From a virus (Duplodnaviria; Caudoviricetes): a DNA stretch of 54,882 nt. Each line of letters starts with the position of its first letter. Position 1 is the stretch's first letter. The notes below the pieces were generated by a model, which was not told the origin of the DNA, did no database searches, and saw only the letters and a program-made list of their open reading frames with translations. Where the stretch lies: positions 1 to 54,882 of IMG/VR virus record IMGVR_UViG_3300017747_001103; one strand, given 5' to 3'. Both the position numbers and the translations under genes were made by a program. Positions 16,473 to 25,353 of the stretch are shown here, one piece after another.

Positions 16473-18394
16473 TATTGACTCCCCATCTTTTTCTTAAACT
16501 TATTAACAACATTCATGTCTACGCCGGGTGGTTGATTCTGATCTAAAGAAACATTACCAGACGAAGAGGATCTACTAGGCGCAACACCCGCTGGACGATT
16601 AGCAGGGGTGTTAAATTTCTCACCGGGGAAATGGACTGCCATAATCTTTTTAAGCTTGGCGTCATAACCGTCTAACAAGCGGTTGTACTCTTTTGAATCT
16701 TCATAATCTGAGAAGTTCTTCTTCGCATTTTCAGGACGACGCTCCCACTCACGAAGCATACGAGCTGCAGCTGCATCTAACTCTGCACGAGCCTTAGTCA
16801 TCTCAGCCTTAGCTTGAGCAGCACCGGGGCTGTCAGACAAGTCACCAGAGAATCTTGGGATAACAGCACCCTCCATGTTCGACACAGAGCCTTGGCCAGA
16901 CAAGAACATCTTACGGAAACCAAGCTCATTCTGAGCAAAGATTCGAGCCGCAACCAATGACGCTTTAATTTCATCGTCGGTAGCGCCAGCGTTCCTAAGA
17001 GCTTTCTCAACAGACGGAACACTAATCGAATAATTGCCTACTCTAGCTCCCTCAGAAATTACTGTTCCTAAAGCATTTAAAATGCCGGGCTTAGCAAAGA
17101 ATCCAAAAATTTCTTTAGTCTTTGGATCTGTAGCCAACTGAATAATTTGTTCAGAGTTTTGGATAAGCTGACGAGATGCACGAGACGAATCAAACAATGC
17201 TTCACGGGTAGCCTCAGAAGCTTCAACACGCTTTTCACCACGCTTTGTCTCAGTTGCTTGTTCAAGAGATTCCTGTGACTTAGATTTAGGTAATGTGCTT
17301 TCAGTAGTAGTACCTGCAGCTGTAGTGCCTGTTCCTTTAATCTTAAATAGTCTGTTAATGTAATCGTCGCCCTGACCCTTACTATCAGCCTCCATGTACT
17401 CAAGGTATTGAGCAGGCGTAAAGGGGAGCTTGCGTGAATTACCGCCATACGAAACTGTGTATTCTTTTTGCTCACCGTACTTAGCTTTTTCAGCTTCTGT
17501 AGCCTTGGCTTTTAATCCTTCAAGTTCTGTGGCTGTAGCTAAACGCATACCGCCGGGTACTGTCTTATCTTCAATGAAGTTAAAGGGAACATTGATCCGT
17601 CTATAAAAATCCTTTAACCCTTCAATGTTTCCAGAACTAGCCAAAGTTTGCATTTCCTGCACTTCGTCTGGATACAAGAATCGTTTTTCACCAGCAATAA
17701 TAAATTCTTCTCGGCTCTTACGGCGCTCTTCACGAAGCTTCATTTCTGCATCAGCTACTGGCTTTAAATCTGGATCCATCGACATAATAGCCAACTGGGC
17801 GTCAGAAATATTAGGCAGTAATCCACCTTCACCACGAGCTCTGGTAGGTCTTGCTACGGGCTGTGCAACTGGCTGAGCTGCAGGTTGGGCTGCAGGTTGT
17901 GCCTCACCAGCTACAGGGGCTGCTACAGGGGCAGCAACTGGCGTAGCTTTAGCAGCCATAGGAGCATTGCCCTGCTGAAGCCTCATCAACATCTCAGGAA
18001 TTGCAGCAGCCTTCCTGTTTTTAATTGATTCAAGCTCCATCTCATACTGCAACTTGCCTAAAGCCTGTTGACGTGTAAATTCCTTTTCTTGCTCTTCAGC
18101 CGCAGCTGTAGTTCCATAACCTAAAGACTCACCAAAAGATCCTGTCTTTGTAGGCGCAAGCATTCCACCAGCAAATCTCATTAACGTAGGGTCAAACATG
18201 CGCTTTTGAGACAATTGCAAAAGTTGGTCACGACGTGAATCAAGAGCTCGTTGACCAGCAAGAGCCCTATCTTTTGAATCTTTTAACATTGACGCAAAAA
18301 CGTCTTCGGATTGTGTTTTTTGTTGCGCCTCCATTTCTGGTGGCACAGTTGCACCTTCAGCTGTTGCTTGTGAAAGTGGGCCTAAATTTGCCAT
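16472..18394 (-). CDS. Putative DNA ejection protein
   Basis: Helical; MLAPTKTGSFGESLG motif; position after tail genes. Confidence 0.6.
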   Translation of the reverse strand: MANLGPLSQATAEGATVPPEMEAQQKTQSEDVFASMLKDSKDRALAGQRALDSRRDQLLQLSQKRMFDPTLMRFAGGMLAPTKTGSFGESLGYGTTAAAEEQEKEFTRQQALGKLQYEMELESIKNRKAAAIPEMLMRLQQGNAPMAAKATPVAAPVAAPVAGEAQPAAQPAAQPVAQPVARPTRARGEGGLLPNISDAQLAIMSMDPDLKPVADAEMKLREERRKSREEFIIAGEKRFLYPDEVQEMQTLASSGNIEGLKDFYRRINVPFNFIEDKTVPGGMRLATATELEGLKAKATEAEKAKYGEQKEYTVSYGGNSRKLPFTPAQYLEYMEADSKGQGDDYINRLFKIKGTGTTAAGTTTESTLPKSKSQESLEQATETKRGEKRVEASEATREALFDSSRASRQLIQNSEQIIQLATDPKTKEIFGFFAKPGILNALGTVISEGARVGNYSISVPSVEKALRNAGATDDEIKASLVAARIFAQNELGFRKMFLSGQGSVSNMEGAVIPRFSGDLSDSPGAAQAKAEMTKARAELDAAAARMLREWERRPENAKKNFSDYEDSKEYNRLLDGYDAKLKKIMAVHFPGEKFNTPANRPAGVAPSRSSSSGNVSLDQNQPPGVDMNVVNKFKKKMGSQ

Positions 18395-18396
18395 AA

Positions 18397-19374
18397 TTAC
18401 CTCACCAAGTTGCCGCTTGCATCATAAAAATTACCCTGACCATCATGGTAAGAAGCACCAGCAGGAATGTTTGAAGTAGCTGAAGGAGCCTCAGAACGAA
18501 TAGCACCACCCTCAGCTTGTTTAGTAACCGCAGATGGGCTCAATGTAGTCGTAGAGCCGGGGCTTGCAAATGAACCTAAAGCAGCCAGCAACCCAGTAAT
18601 CTGCGATAACGGGCTGTTTGTATATCCTGTAGAACCAACAGTCTGCTTAATTTCACCTGTAGGAATATTCAACCCTTGCATCAACTTAGAGTAGTTCTGA
18701 GCTGCAGTCATTGGGTAGTCGAGTTGCTTTTGACCTAAAGCCTGCTCTTGGCTGCCTAAGTCATACAAATTTTTCATACCAGAAGTTGCCGCTTGTTGCT
18801 GCTGTGAGCCCAAGCCACCTAAAACCTGACCTGCCTGCATTTGACGGTTAAGGTCAGCTTGGGCAGCCGTCATAGCGTTACCGTAGCCAGTATTTAAAGC
18901 GCTGTACTGCTGACCCATTAAATTAGATTGCATGTCTCTCAGCATGTTGCCAGTAGCATTGAACTGACGCTGTGATCCAAAAGAGCCCATGCCACCCGCT
19001 GCGCCTTGCATTGCAGGCAGAAGGTTTTCATTAATCTGCCGACCCTGCAAACGGCCCATCTCGTCCACCACATTTTGGGTGTACGGGTTCATGTAGTTGC
19101 CTACAATCTGATTAGCGCCTGTAGTGCCAGACTGAGCAGCCAAGTCAGCGCCTGCGCCCATAGTACCAAGACCAGAAAAAGCAGTCTGTGGAGCCATTGA
19201 CATAGCCTGTTGTTGCAGAGGTGAGAACCCAGCAACACCACCCATCTGAACGCCTGCCTGACCTAAGTTAGCTATGTCCTGAAGGTAATTAGTATAGAAC
19301 TCAGGCGCTGTCGTCTGAGCTTGGGCGGTACTAGTAATTGACGGTAGTACATCACCTTGGAAAATATCAGCCAT
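18397..19374 (-). CDS. Putative ejection/pilot protein
   Basis: Q/G/A-rich; VAGFSPLQQQA, YMNPYTQNVV, GSFGSQR. Confidence 0.65.
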   Translation of the reverse strand: MADIFQGDVLPSITSTAQAQTTAPEFYTNYLQDIANLGQAGVQMGGVAGFSPLQQQAMSMAPQTAFSGLGTMGAGADLAAQSGTTGANQIVGNYMNPYTQNVVDEMGRLQGRQINENLLPAMQGAAGGMGSFGSQRQFNATGNMLRDMQSNLMGQQYSALNTGYGNAMTAAQADLNRQMQAGQVLGGLGSQQQQAATSGMKNLYDLGSQEQALGQKQLDYPMTAAQNYSKLMQGLNIPTGEIKQTVGSTGYTNSPLSQITGLLAALGSFASPGSTTTLSPSAVTKQAEGGAIRSEAPSATSNIPAGASYHDGQGNFYDASGNLVR

Positions 19375-20578
19375 TTTTGTTGCTCCTCGATTGAGCTGCC
19401 TTCATATATGCCAAGGGTGACTTAGCTGGTGGAGGTATTTTGTTAACAGGAGCCGAGCGCTTATGGGCTCGGATTTCTTCACGAAACTTGTCTAGTAGGT
19501 CGGAACCTGCCTTAGTTGACCCGTTACCCAACTGAGCAACAGTATCAGCATCAAACACGTACTCACCATCTGCAAGCATTGCAGGTATATCGTCAGACTG
19601 ACCATCGCCTTCACCTGTAACACGAGATCCATTACGGTAGTCATGACGACCCTCTACAACAGGAACGTGCAAGCCACCCTGCTTAGCTTCGCCGCCTTGT
19701 GCCATCTGATTAAGAATGTCCTGTGGGTTAACCACCTGACCAAACGTGTAATAGCTAGGGGCTTGAGCCTCACCACCGTCAGCCATTAAAGGCGTAGCCA
19801 TGCCGCCGTCTTTGAGCGTCCATACGCTAGGATAAGTAATGTTGTTTGATGTGTTTTGATTAGCTGCGGCATTAGTAGATTGAGTGTTTGTAGACCCTAA
19901 ATTAGTATATGAGCTTGGGTTGCTTCCACCAAGCCAATTAGTAAAAGAAGAGACTCCGGGGATTGCTTTCAAGAAACTACTTATGCCACTACCAGCACTA
20001 GATCCTAAATTGGTTAACCCTTGAATTGCATTATTAGTAGCATTAGAAGATGCATAGTCTTTACTCTCAGGCATGATGTAGCCCAACGCAGCACCTAAAA
20101 GAGCGCCCGTCATTGGGTCAATCGTATTCTCACCACGAGGCGTAATCGTTGGGTTAAATTGGGTATTTCTCCCAGTGCCTGCAGATGTGATTGACTGAGG
20201 TTGGGCATTCATCGCCATTTGAGGACGTGCAGTATATTGAGACAATGCGCCTTGCTGACCCATCCCCATAGGAATGCCTAACGCCCTTGCTAGTTCTGGC
20301 GTGATGTTTGGCTGTGTATCCCTAGCACCATATTCAGCATAAGGAACATAACGCCCAGTAGGAATTTGCGTCGTTCTAGGCGCAATATTCCCAACCTTGG
20401 TCATATCTACGCCCTGATTAACACCGCCGGGCGGTTCAATAGACGTCAGCAATTTGCTCATCAGAGCGCCAAGAGCAGCTCCTTTAGCCGTATTGCTGCC
20501 CATAAGACCCGTTAACGAGCCAAGCCAGTCTGTGCTTGAAGTTACTGCTGGGGCTGCTGTTGGGGTTGGATCTGCCAT
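19367..20578 (-). CDS. Putative internal virion protein with C-terminal GxGDGxSDxIPAxLxxGEYV domain
   Basis: GEGDGQSDDIPAMLADGEYVFDADTV, preceded by four xxxGG motifs. Confidence 0.65.
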   Translation of the reverse strand: MADPTPTAAPAVTSSTDWLGSLTGLMGSNTAKGAALGALMSKLLTSIEPPGGVNQGVDMTKVGNIAPRTTQIPTGRYVPYAEYGARDTQPNITPELARALGIPMGMGQQGALSQYTARPQMAMNAQPQSITSAGTGRNTQFNPTITPRGENTIDPMTGALLGAALGYIMPESKDYASSNATNNAIQGLTNLGSSAGSGISSFLKAIPGVSSFTNWLGGSNPSSYTNLGSTNTQSTNAAANQNTSNNITYPSVWTLKDGGMATPLMADGGEAQAPSYYTFGQVVNPQDILNQMAQGGEAKQGGLHVPVVEGRHDYRNGSRVTGEGDGQSDDIPAMLADGEYVFDADTVAQLGNGSTKAGSDLLDKFREEIRAHKRSAPVNKIPPPAKSPLAYMKAAQSRSNKNG

Positions 20579-20587
20579 AATTTTTCC

Positions 20588-23500
20588 TTATTGCCGTATA
20601 GAAACTAAACCACCACGCCTAGCTATTTTGGTACTAGAACGAGCAGCTATTTCTTCTGGTGTCATCATCGTAAACGAAACTGGGTATAAATCACCAATTG
20701 GACGTTTTGCCAACGGTGTGGTTACTGCTGTATAGCCTGCGGGGACTTGACTTAATCCACCTGTTGACACTTTACCACTACCAAAAGCCCCCGCCAATGC
20801 TGCTAAAACGCCTGTTATATCTGATTTGTTGTCAGTAGTAGTAGTGACTGGGGGTGTTACTGGCGGCGTAACAGGTGGAACATTCGGAGTTACGGTAGTA
20901 GGCGTAGTAACAGGAGTAGTAGTTACCGGTGTACTAGGGATTGCATTAACAGGCGGCGTAATAGGAATTAAATCGGTTATTGGTTTTGTAACAGGGGCTG
21001 GTTGTGTTGCAGCCGTTGTTTCAGTTTTAGGTACTGTTTGTGTTGCTGGAGTTGTCTCAGTTTTAGGTACTGTCTCTGTTTTAGGTGCTGTCTCAGTTCC
21101 CGGTGTTGTTGTAGGCGCTGTTGTTGGCACCGTTTCAGGCATTGTTGTAGGCGTAGTAGTAGGTGTAGTCGCTGGCGTTGTAGTAGGCGTTGTTGTTGGT
21201 GTTGTAGCAGGTGTTGTTGTTGGTATAGTAGTAGGCAGTACATAAGGCACAAAAGAAGGAGGTACTGCTGGATTTTTTACAGGCGCTGTTGTTGTATTTG
21301 GCAAAATTGTTGGCACAGTTGATGGATATTCTGGAGCAACTAAAGGCGTAACATTTGGTGGCACAAAGTTTTGCACCGCAGGGTTTCCATATTGGTCGTA
21401 CAGCGTGCCTGATTTATCAACATATAAACCAGAACCTTTTCCATCTTGTAATATTAACTGGCCATCTTTGCTAATAGATTCACCGGGAAGAATTTTTGTA
21501 AAAAGTTCAGGTACGTTATATTTCGCAACAACTTCAACAGGAGATAATTTTTTTGTATAGTCGTAAGTACCATCAGCAATTGGACTTAAAAATTGCTTCA
21601 TTTTTTCAGCCATTATTTGGTCTTCGTTTGTATTTTGACCAATATTGCCCGGTGTAACCATTGAAGCTATACCAACTAATCCATCTGCTAACGTATACAT
21701 ACCAGCCTGCCTCAATGCTTGTATGCTTGATTCAGTAGTAACGCTTCTTGCATACAAAGGGTCATTAGCAGCAGCTTGTAACATGCTTTGAGCTACTTTT
21801 TCTTGAGCCGCTCTTGTTAACTGCTGAATGTTTTCTGCAGTTACAGGCATAGCTTGAGCAACATCAATTTTTACTGATGGGTCAGCGTATGCTGAGTAAA
21901 TCATGTCTTTAATTTCAGTTGGAGTGTCGCTAGATAATTCTGGTGAGCGCAAAGTAATTAAATCTGATTTATCTGGTGTTGGTTCTGGGTATCTTGACCG
22001 CTCTACAATAGTAGCGGTTCCGGGGCCATCTACTTTTCCTGCAGCCTCACCAGCTTTTGCAGCACCAGTAATAATAGCCGGTGCAGCATTTTTAAGCGCC
22101 TCAGCAACATCACCACCATTAATAAGGGTCTGAGTAGCGATGTTTGATACGTTGCCTGCAGCGTTGACTGTTGCAGCTATAACTTTAGGGTCAGCACCTT
22201 TTACAGCGTCATAGACTAAATTTTGAGCCTGAGTGCCAACATACTGACCAGCTAAGCTAGTAGCTGCATTTTCTAAAGCGTTAGGGTCGCCAAGCACAGT
22301 ACCAGTAACGCCAACAGTAACGGCGTTAGCCAACATGTTAGTAACTTGCTGTGAGCTTGTGTTGGTTGCACGAGCAATTGCTTCTACTTTGCTTTGATCA
22401 ATACCAACCCTATTAAGAAGCTGCGTAGAGTTTCCTGCAAGTGCTGGGCCAACCGCACCAGTTAATGCCGCCTGACCTATATCACCGCCAGTAAGCCCTG
22501 ACGTAACCATATTTTGTATTGCGCCAGAAAGCATACTTACACCAGTAGCGCCAATAGTCTGAGCAAGCGTTACTGCAGGCACTCCCATTGTGAATGCCGT
22601 AGGAGCAACCGCAGCGCTTACTTGAATACCTCCAATGGCGCTGTTTAACATCCCACCTAATTGGGGGGCAAAAACCATCGCCGCCATTTGAATTAACGGC
22701 ATAAGCTCAGCCAACTGCCCTGACGCACCTGCGTGGTGTACTCGCTCCCCTTCGTAATAATTTACTATTGGCTCATTCTTCTCATTAAGAACAGGAGTAA
22801 GCACACCACTTTCGTTTGCCTTATATAAAATACCAGCATGGGGGGTGGCTTTGTTAGCACCTACATTTTCAATAGCATTAGCTACGTAGTAAAGGTCTTT
22901 TGTCTTTTCTGAAATGTCTGCATACAGAGCTTTTGTATCTAATGCTTGTTCAAATTCTTTTGTTTTTGGGTTTATTCTTGCTAGGTAAGTCTCACCAGTG
23001 CGCGGGTTTGTATATTCTGCAGAATTTGCTGACGTTGGTTTTTCAACTTGGCCATAAGCATATCCAGCAGGAACAAATTTTATTGGCATGGTATAGCTAT
23101 CACCATCGAGTCCTATTTGTTTTGCTGCTGTTAAATAATCATTGTCTGTTGCTTTTAGTCCTTTTGAATTTACTATTCCTGTCGTTGTTGAGCCGATTCC
23201 ACCAGTTCCATCGTGGTACGAGCCTGTACTCAAACCAAGTATGGCTGGGCCTTGTAAAAGAAGAGCGCTGTCTGACATCATGTTCCAGCCTTCTTGAGCA
23301 AACGCTGCCCTAGCTTTCCCATTGCCTTTTACGTTATTGCCATATCTAGCAACTATCGAATCAAACTTATCTCTGTTAAGAAGAGGCAGTCCTGTTGTTG
23401 GGTCAATATTAGAAAATAAACTAGCGTCACCACCTTGGAGTGCCAACTGTCTTGCTTTTGCTGATGCTGGTGTTTCTGGTGTAGATACTTGAGTACCTTT

Positions 23501-25102
23501 AAATTCAATACCATCAAAGTGCGGAGTTATTTTGCTTTTTACGTCATCCGTAAAGTCACCAGCATCAATCAGTTTGTTAAATTCACCAAACAAAGATTTT
23601 GCAGCAGTAACGTCTGAAGCGCTTGAAATGTCAGCAAGGTTTTCTCTAAACTGTTTAGCATATCCAACAACATCATTTGCGTAAGCGTTGTACGTTTGAA
23701 GATCAGGCTCTATTCCCTGTAAATTTTCATTATATTTATTTTCAGCTGTTTGTACTAAACCACTTTTTTGAGCAACTACATTGTCTTGAGCTTCTACATT
23801 TTTATATGCGGCAGAAGATAATGTGTCAGCAATCCCACTAAGCTTGGAGCCATTAACATCAGAAACATCTCTAGCAGCAATAACTTTGGGATAGAAAGCG
23901 TCACCAAGTTTATTCTCAATGGTTCCCATTGCCCTTTCAGCTGATTCAACATTAGCTTGGGCTACTGATTTGGCTACGTCTTTTGCTTTGTCTGCTTCAG
24001 ACTGAATTGAATCACGAGTTTCTCTTGTGGTGTCTACTAACCTTTGTGCGTTGTCATGATATTGGTTACGGGTGTTTTCTTCTTTTTCTCTAAGCGTGTT
24101 GTAATTTTTTTCAGCATTTTCACGAGCAGTGTTAGCTTTTTGTTCAGATTCTTGTTTTACTCGATTAAGTTCTCTTTCCGCATTATCACGAGATTGCGCT
24201 TGGCTTTGAATTTTATTATTTGCGTCACGCTCAACCTCTTCGCGTTTTTTATTTGCATTGCTTTGAGCAGTCTCAAAAGCTCGTTCTGCTTCAATTTTTT
24301 TATTAACTAAAGAATCCCATGAAGAGCCAGAACGGATTTCTGCATTATCTATTCTGTTTTCTGCTTCACGAAGGCCATTGCGTTTGTTTTCAATTTCACG
24401 TAGTGCGTCTTGATAACCGCCATTATCATTTAAGTGACGACCAGAATTTTTCCAGTTATCAAGGTCATTAAGTTTGTTTTGAGCTTCGTTAAACGTGTTA
24501 CGTTTATTATCGTAATCAGAGTTGTCTCTGAGATAATTTTCGTTCTCTGCTTTTTCTTTTGCTTTGTTGTATATTTCTTGAGAACCACGCAAATTGTTAA
24601 GTAGGTCTTGATACCCAGAATTTTGTTTTAAATAATTAACATTGTCATAGTCATGGACTGCCTTGTTATAGGCATCGTTAGCTTTACCTGACTTATCTAA
24701 AGTTGCTTTATATGCGTCACTCTCTTCAAACCATTTATTTGAATTTAAAAATGAATAAGCAGAGTTATATTTATCACGCGCAGATTTGTACTCTGAGCTG
24801 TCTTCTAAATATTTTCTATTGTCTAAAATGTCTTTAAGGTTTTTGTAATTTTCCAAAGACTTATTGTATGTATCTTTTACGGTATTGTAAGAATCTACGT
24901 TTAGGTAAGTTTTGTTTTCATAATCATTACGAATATTTTTTAATTTATTAGACTCATCGTTAAGAATTGATTTTAAATTATTGATTCCATCTTCAAGAGA
25001 CTTAAGACTACCTTTAGCCGAGTTGTACTTAGCCAAAGCAGACTTTGCCTTAGTGACGGCATTTTTAATATCATCAAGTTTTGGTAAGCCAGCAACTGCC
25101 AC
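20588..25102 (-). CDS. Large (1504 aa) putative internal virion/ejection protein
   Basis: N-terminal coiled-coil repeats, Gly/Ala-rich middle, Pro/Thr-rich tail, C-terminal RRGG. Confidence 0.65.
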   Translation of the reverse strand: MAVAGLPKLDDIKNAVTKAKSALAKYNSAKGSLKSLEDGINNLKSILNDESNKLKNIRNDYENKTYLNVDSYNTVKDTYNKSLENYKNLKDILDNRKYLEDSSEYKSARDKYNSAYSFLNSNKWFEESDAYKATLDKSGKANDAYNKAVHDYDNVNYLKQNSGYQDLLNNLRGSQEIYNKAKEKAENENYLRDNSDYDNKRNTFNEAQNKLNDLDNWKNSGRHLNDNGGYQDALREIENKRNGLREAENRIDNAEIRSGSSWDSLVNKKIEAERAFETAQSNANKKREEVERDANNKIQSQAQSRDNAERELNRVKQESEQKANTARENAEKNYNTLREKEENTRNQYHDNAQRLVDTTRETRDSIQSEADKAKDVAKSVAQANVESAERAMGTIENKLGDAFYPKVIAARDVSDVNGSKLSGIADTLSSAAYKNVEAQDNVVAQKSGLVQTAENKYNENLQGIEPDLQTYNAYANDVVGYAKQFRENLADISSASDVTAAKSLFGEFNKLIDAGDFTDDVKSKITPHFDGIEFKGTQVSTPETPASAKARQLALQGGDASLFSNIDPTTGLPLLNRDKFDSIVARYGNNVKGNGKARAAFAQEGWNMMSDSALLLQGPAILGLSTGSYHDGTGGIGSTTTGIVNSKGLKATDNDYLTAAKQIGLDGDSYTMPIKFVPAGYAYGQVEKPTSANSAEYTNPRTGETYLARINPKTKEFEQALDTKALYADISEKTKDLYYVANAIENVGANKATPHAGILYKANESGVLTPVLNEKNEPIVNYYEGERVHHAGASGQLAELMPLIQMAAMVFAPQLGGMLNSAIGGIQVSAAVAPTAFTMGVPAVTLAQTIGATGVSMLSGAIQNMVTSGLTGGDIGQAALTGAVGPALAGNSTQLLNRVGIDQSKVEAIARATNTSSQQVTNMLANAVTVGVTGTVLGDPNALENAATSLAGQYVGTQAQNLVYDAVKGADPKVIAATVNAAGNVSNIATQTLINGGDVAEALKNAAPAIITGAAKAGEAAGKVDGPGTATIVERSRYPEPTPDKSDLITLRSPELSSDTPTEIKDMIYSAYADPSVKIDVAQAMPVTAENIQQLTRAAQEKVAQSMLQAAANDPLYARSVTTESSIQALRQAGMYTLADGLVGIASMVTPGNIGQNTNEDQIMAEKMKQFLSPIADGTYDYTKKLSPVEVVAKYNVPELFTKILPGESISKDGQLILQDGKGSGLYVDKSGTLYDQYGNPAVQNFVPPNVTPLVAPEYPSTVPTILPNTTTAPVKNPAVPPSFVPYVLPTTIPTTTPATTPTTTPTTTPATTPTTTPTTMPETVPTTAPTTTPGTETAPKTETVPKTETTPATQTVPKTETTAATQPAPVTKPITDLIPITPPVNAIPSTPVTTTPVTTPTTVTPNVPPVTPPVTPPVTTTTDNKSDITGVLAALAGAFGSGKVSTGGLSQVPAGYTAVTTPLAKRPIGDLYPVSFTMMTPEEIAARSSTKIARRGGLVSIRQ
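20830..21300 (-). repeat. Pro/Thr-rich coding tandem repeats (PTTT; ETVPKT)
   Basis: 12-nt and 18-nt periodicity. Confidence 0.85.
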
Positions 25103-25104
25103 GA

Positions 25105-25353
25105 TTAATCCCTCGGCTGAACAGCACCAACAACAGCATAAGCCCAGTCCATCCAGTTGTTATATGGCATGGTTCCCGGTATAGCTTCGTTAGTGAATAC
25201 ATCAATAGCTTTAAGCCCCTCGCCCCACTTATGCCAATCAGTCTGTGAGTTAGGTATCTCTAACTGTTGAGCAGCGTACAGCTCACACATTAAAGCAGCC
25301 CAGCTCTCAAACGTATGGCCAGTTGGATCATAAATAAGCGATACATTAGCCAT
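25105..25353 (-). CDS. Small Trp-rich virion-associated protein
   Basis: ORF coupled to the tail gene. Confidence 0.75.
   Translation of the reverse strand: MANVSLIYDPTGHTFESWAALMCELYAAQQLEIPNSQTDWHKWGEGLKAIDVFTNEAIPGTMPYNNWMDWAYAVVGAVQPRD

Noticed and set aside
20826-21322. Val/Gly-, Cys- and Gln-rich ORFs; possible CRISPR-like periodicity
   Set aside because: Alternative frames of the Pro/Thr coding repeat; no repeat-spacer structure.
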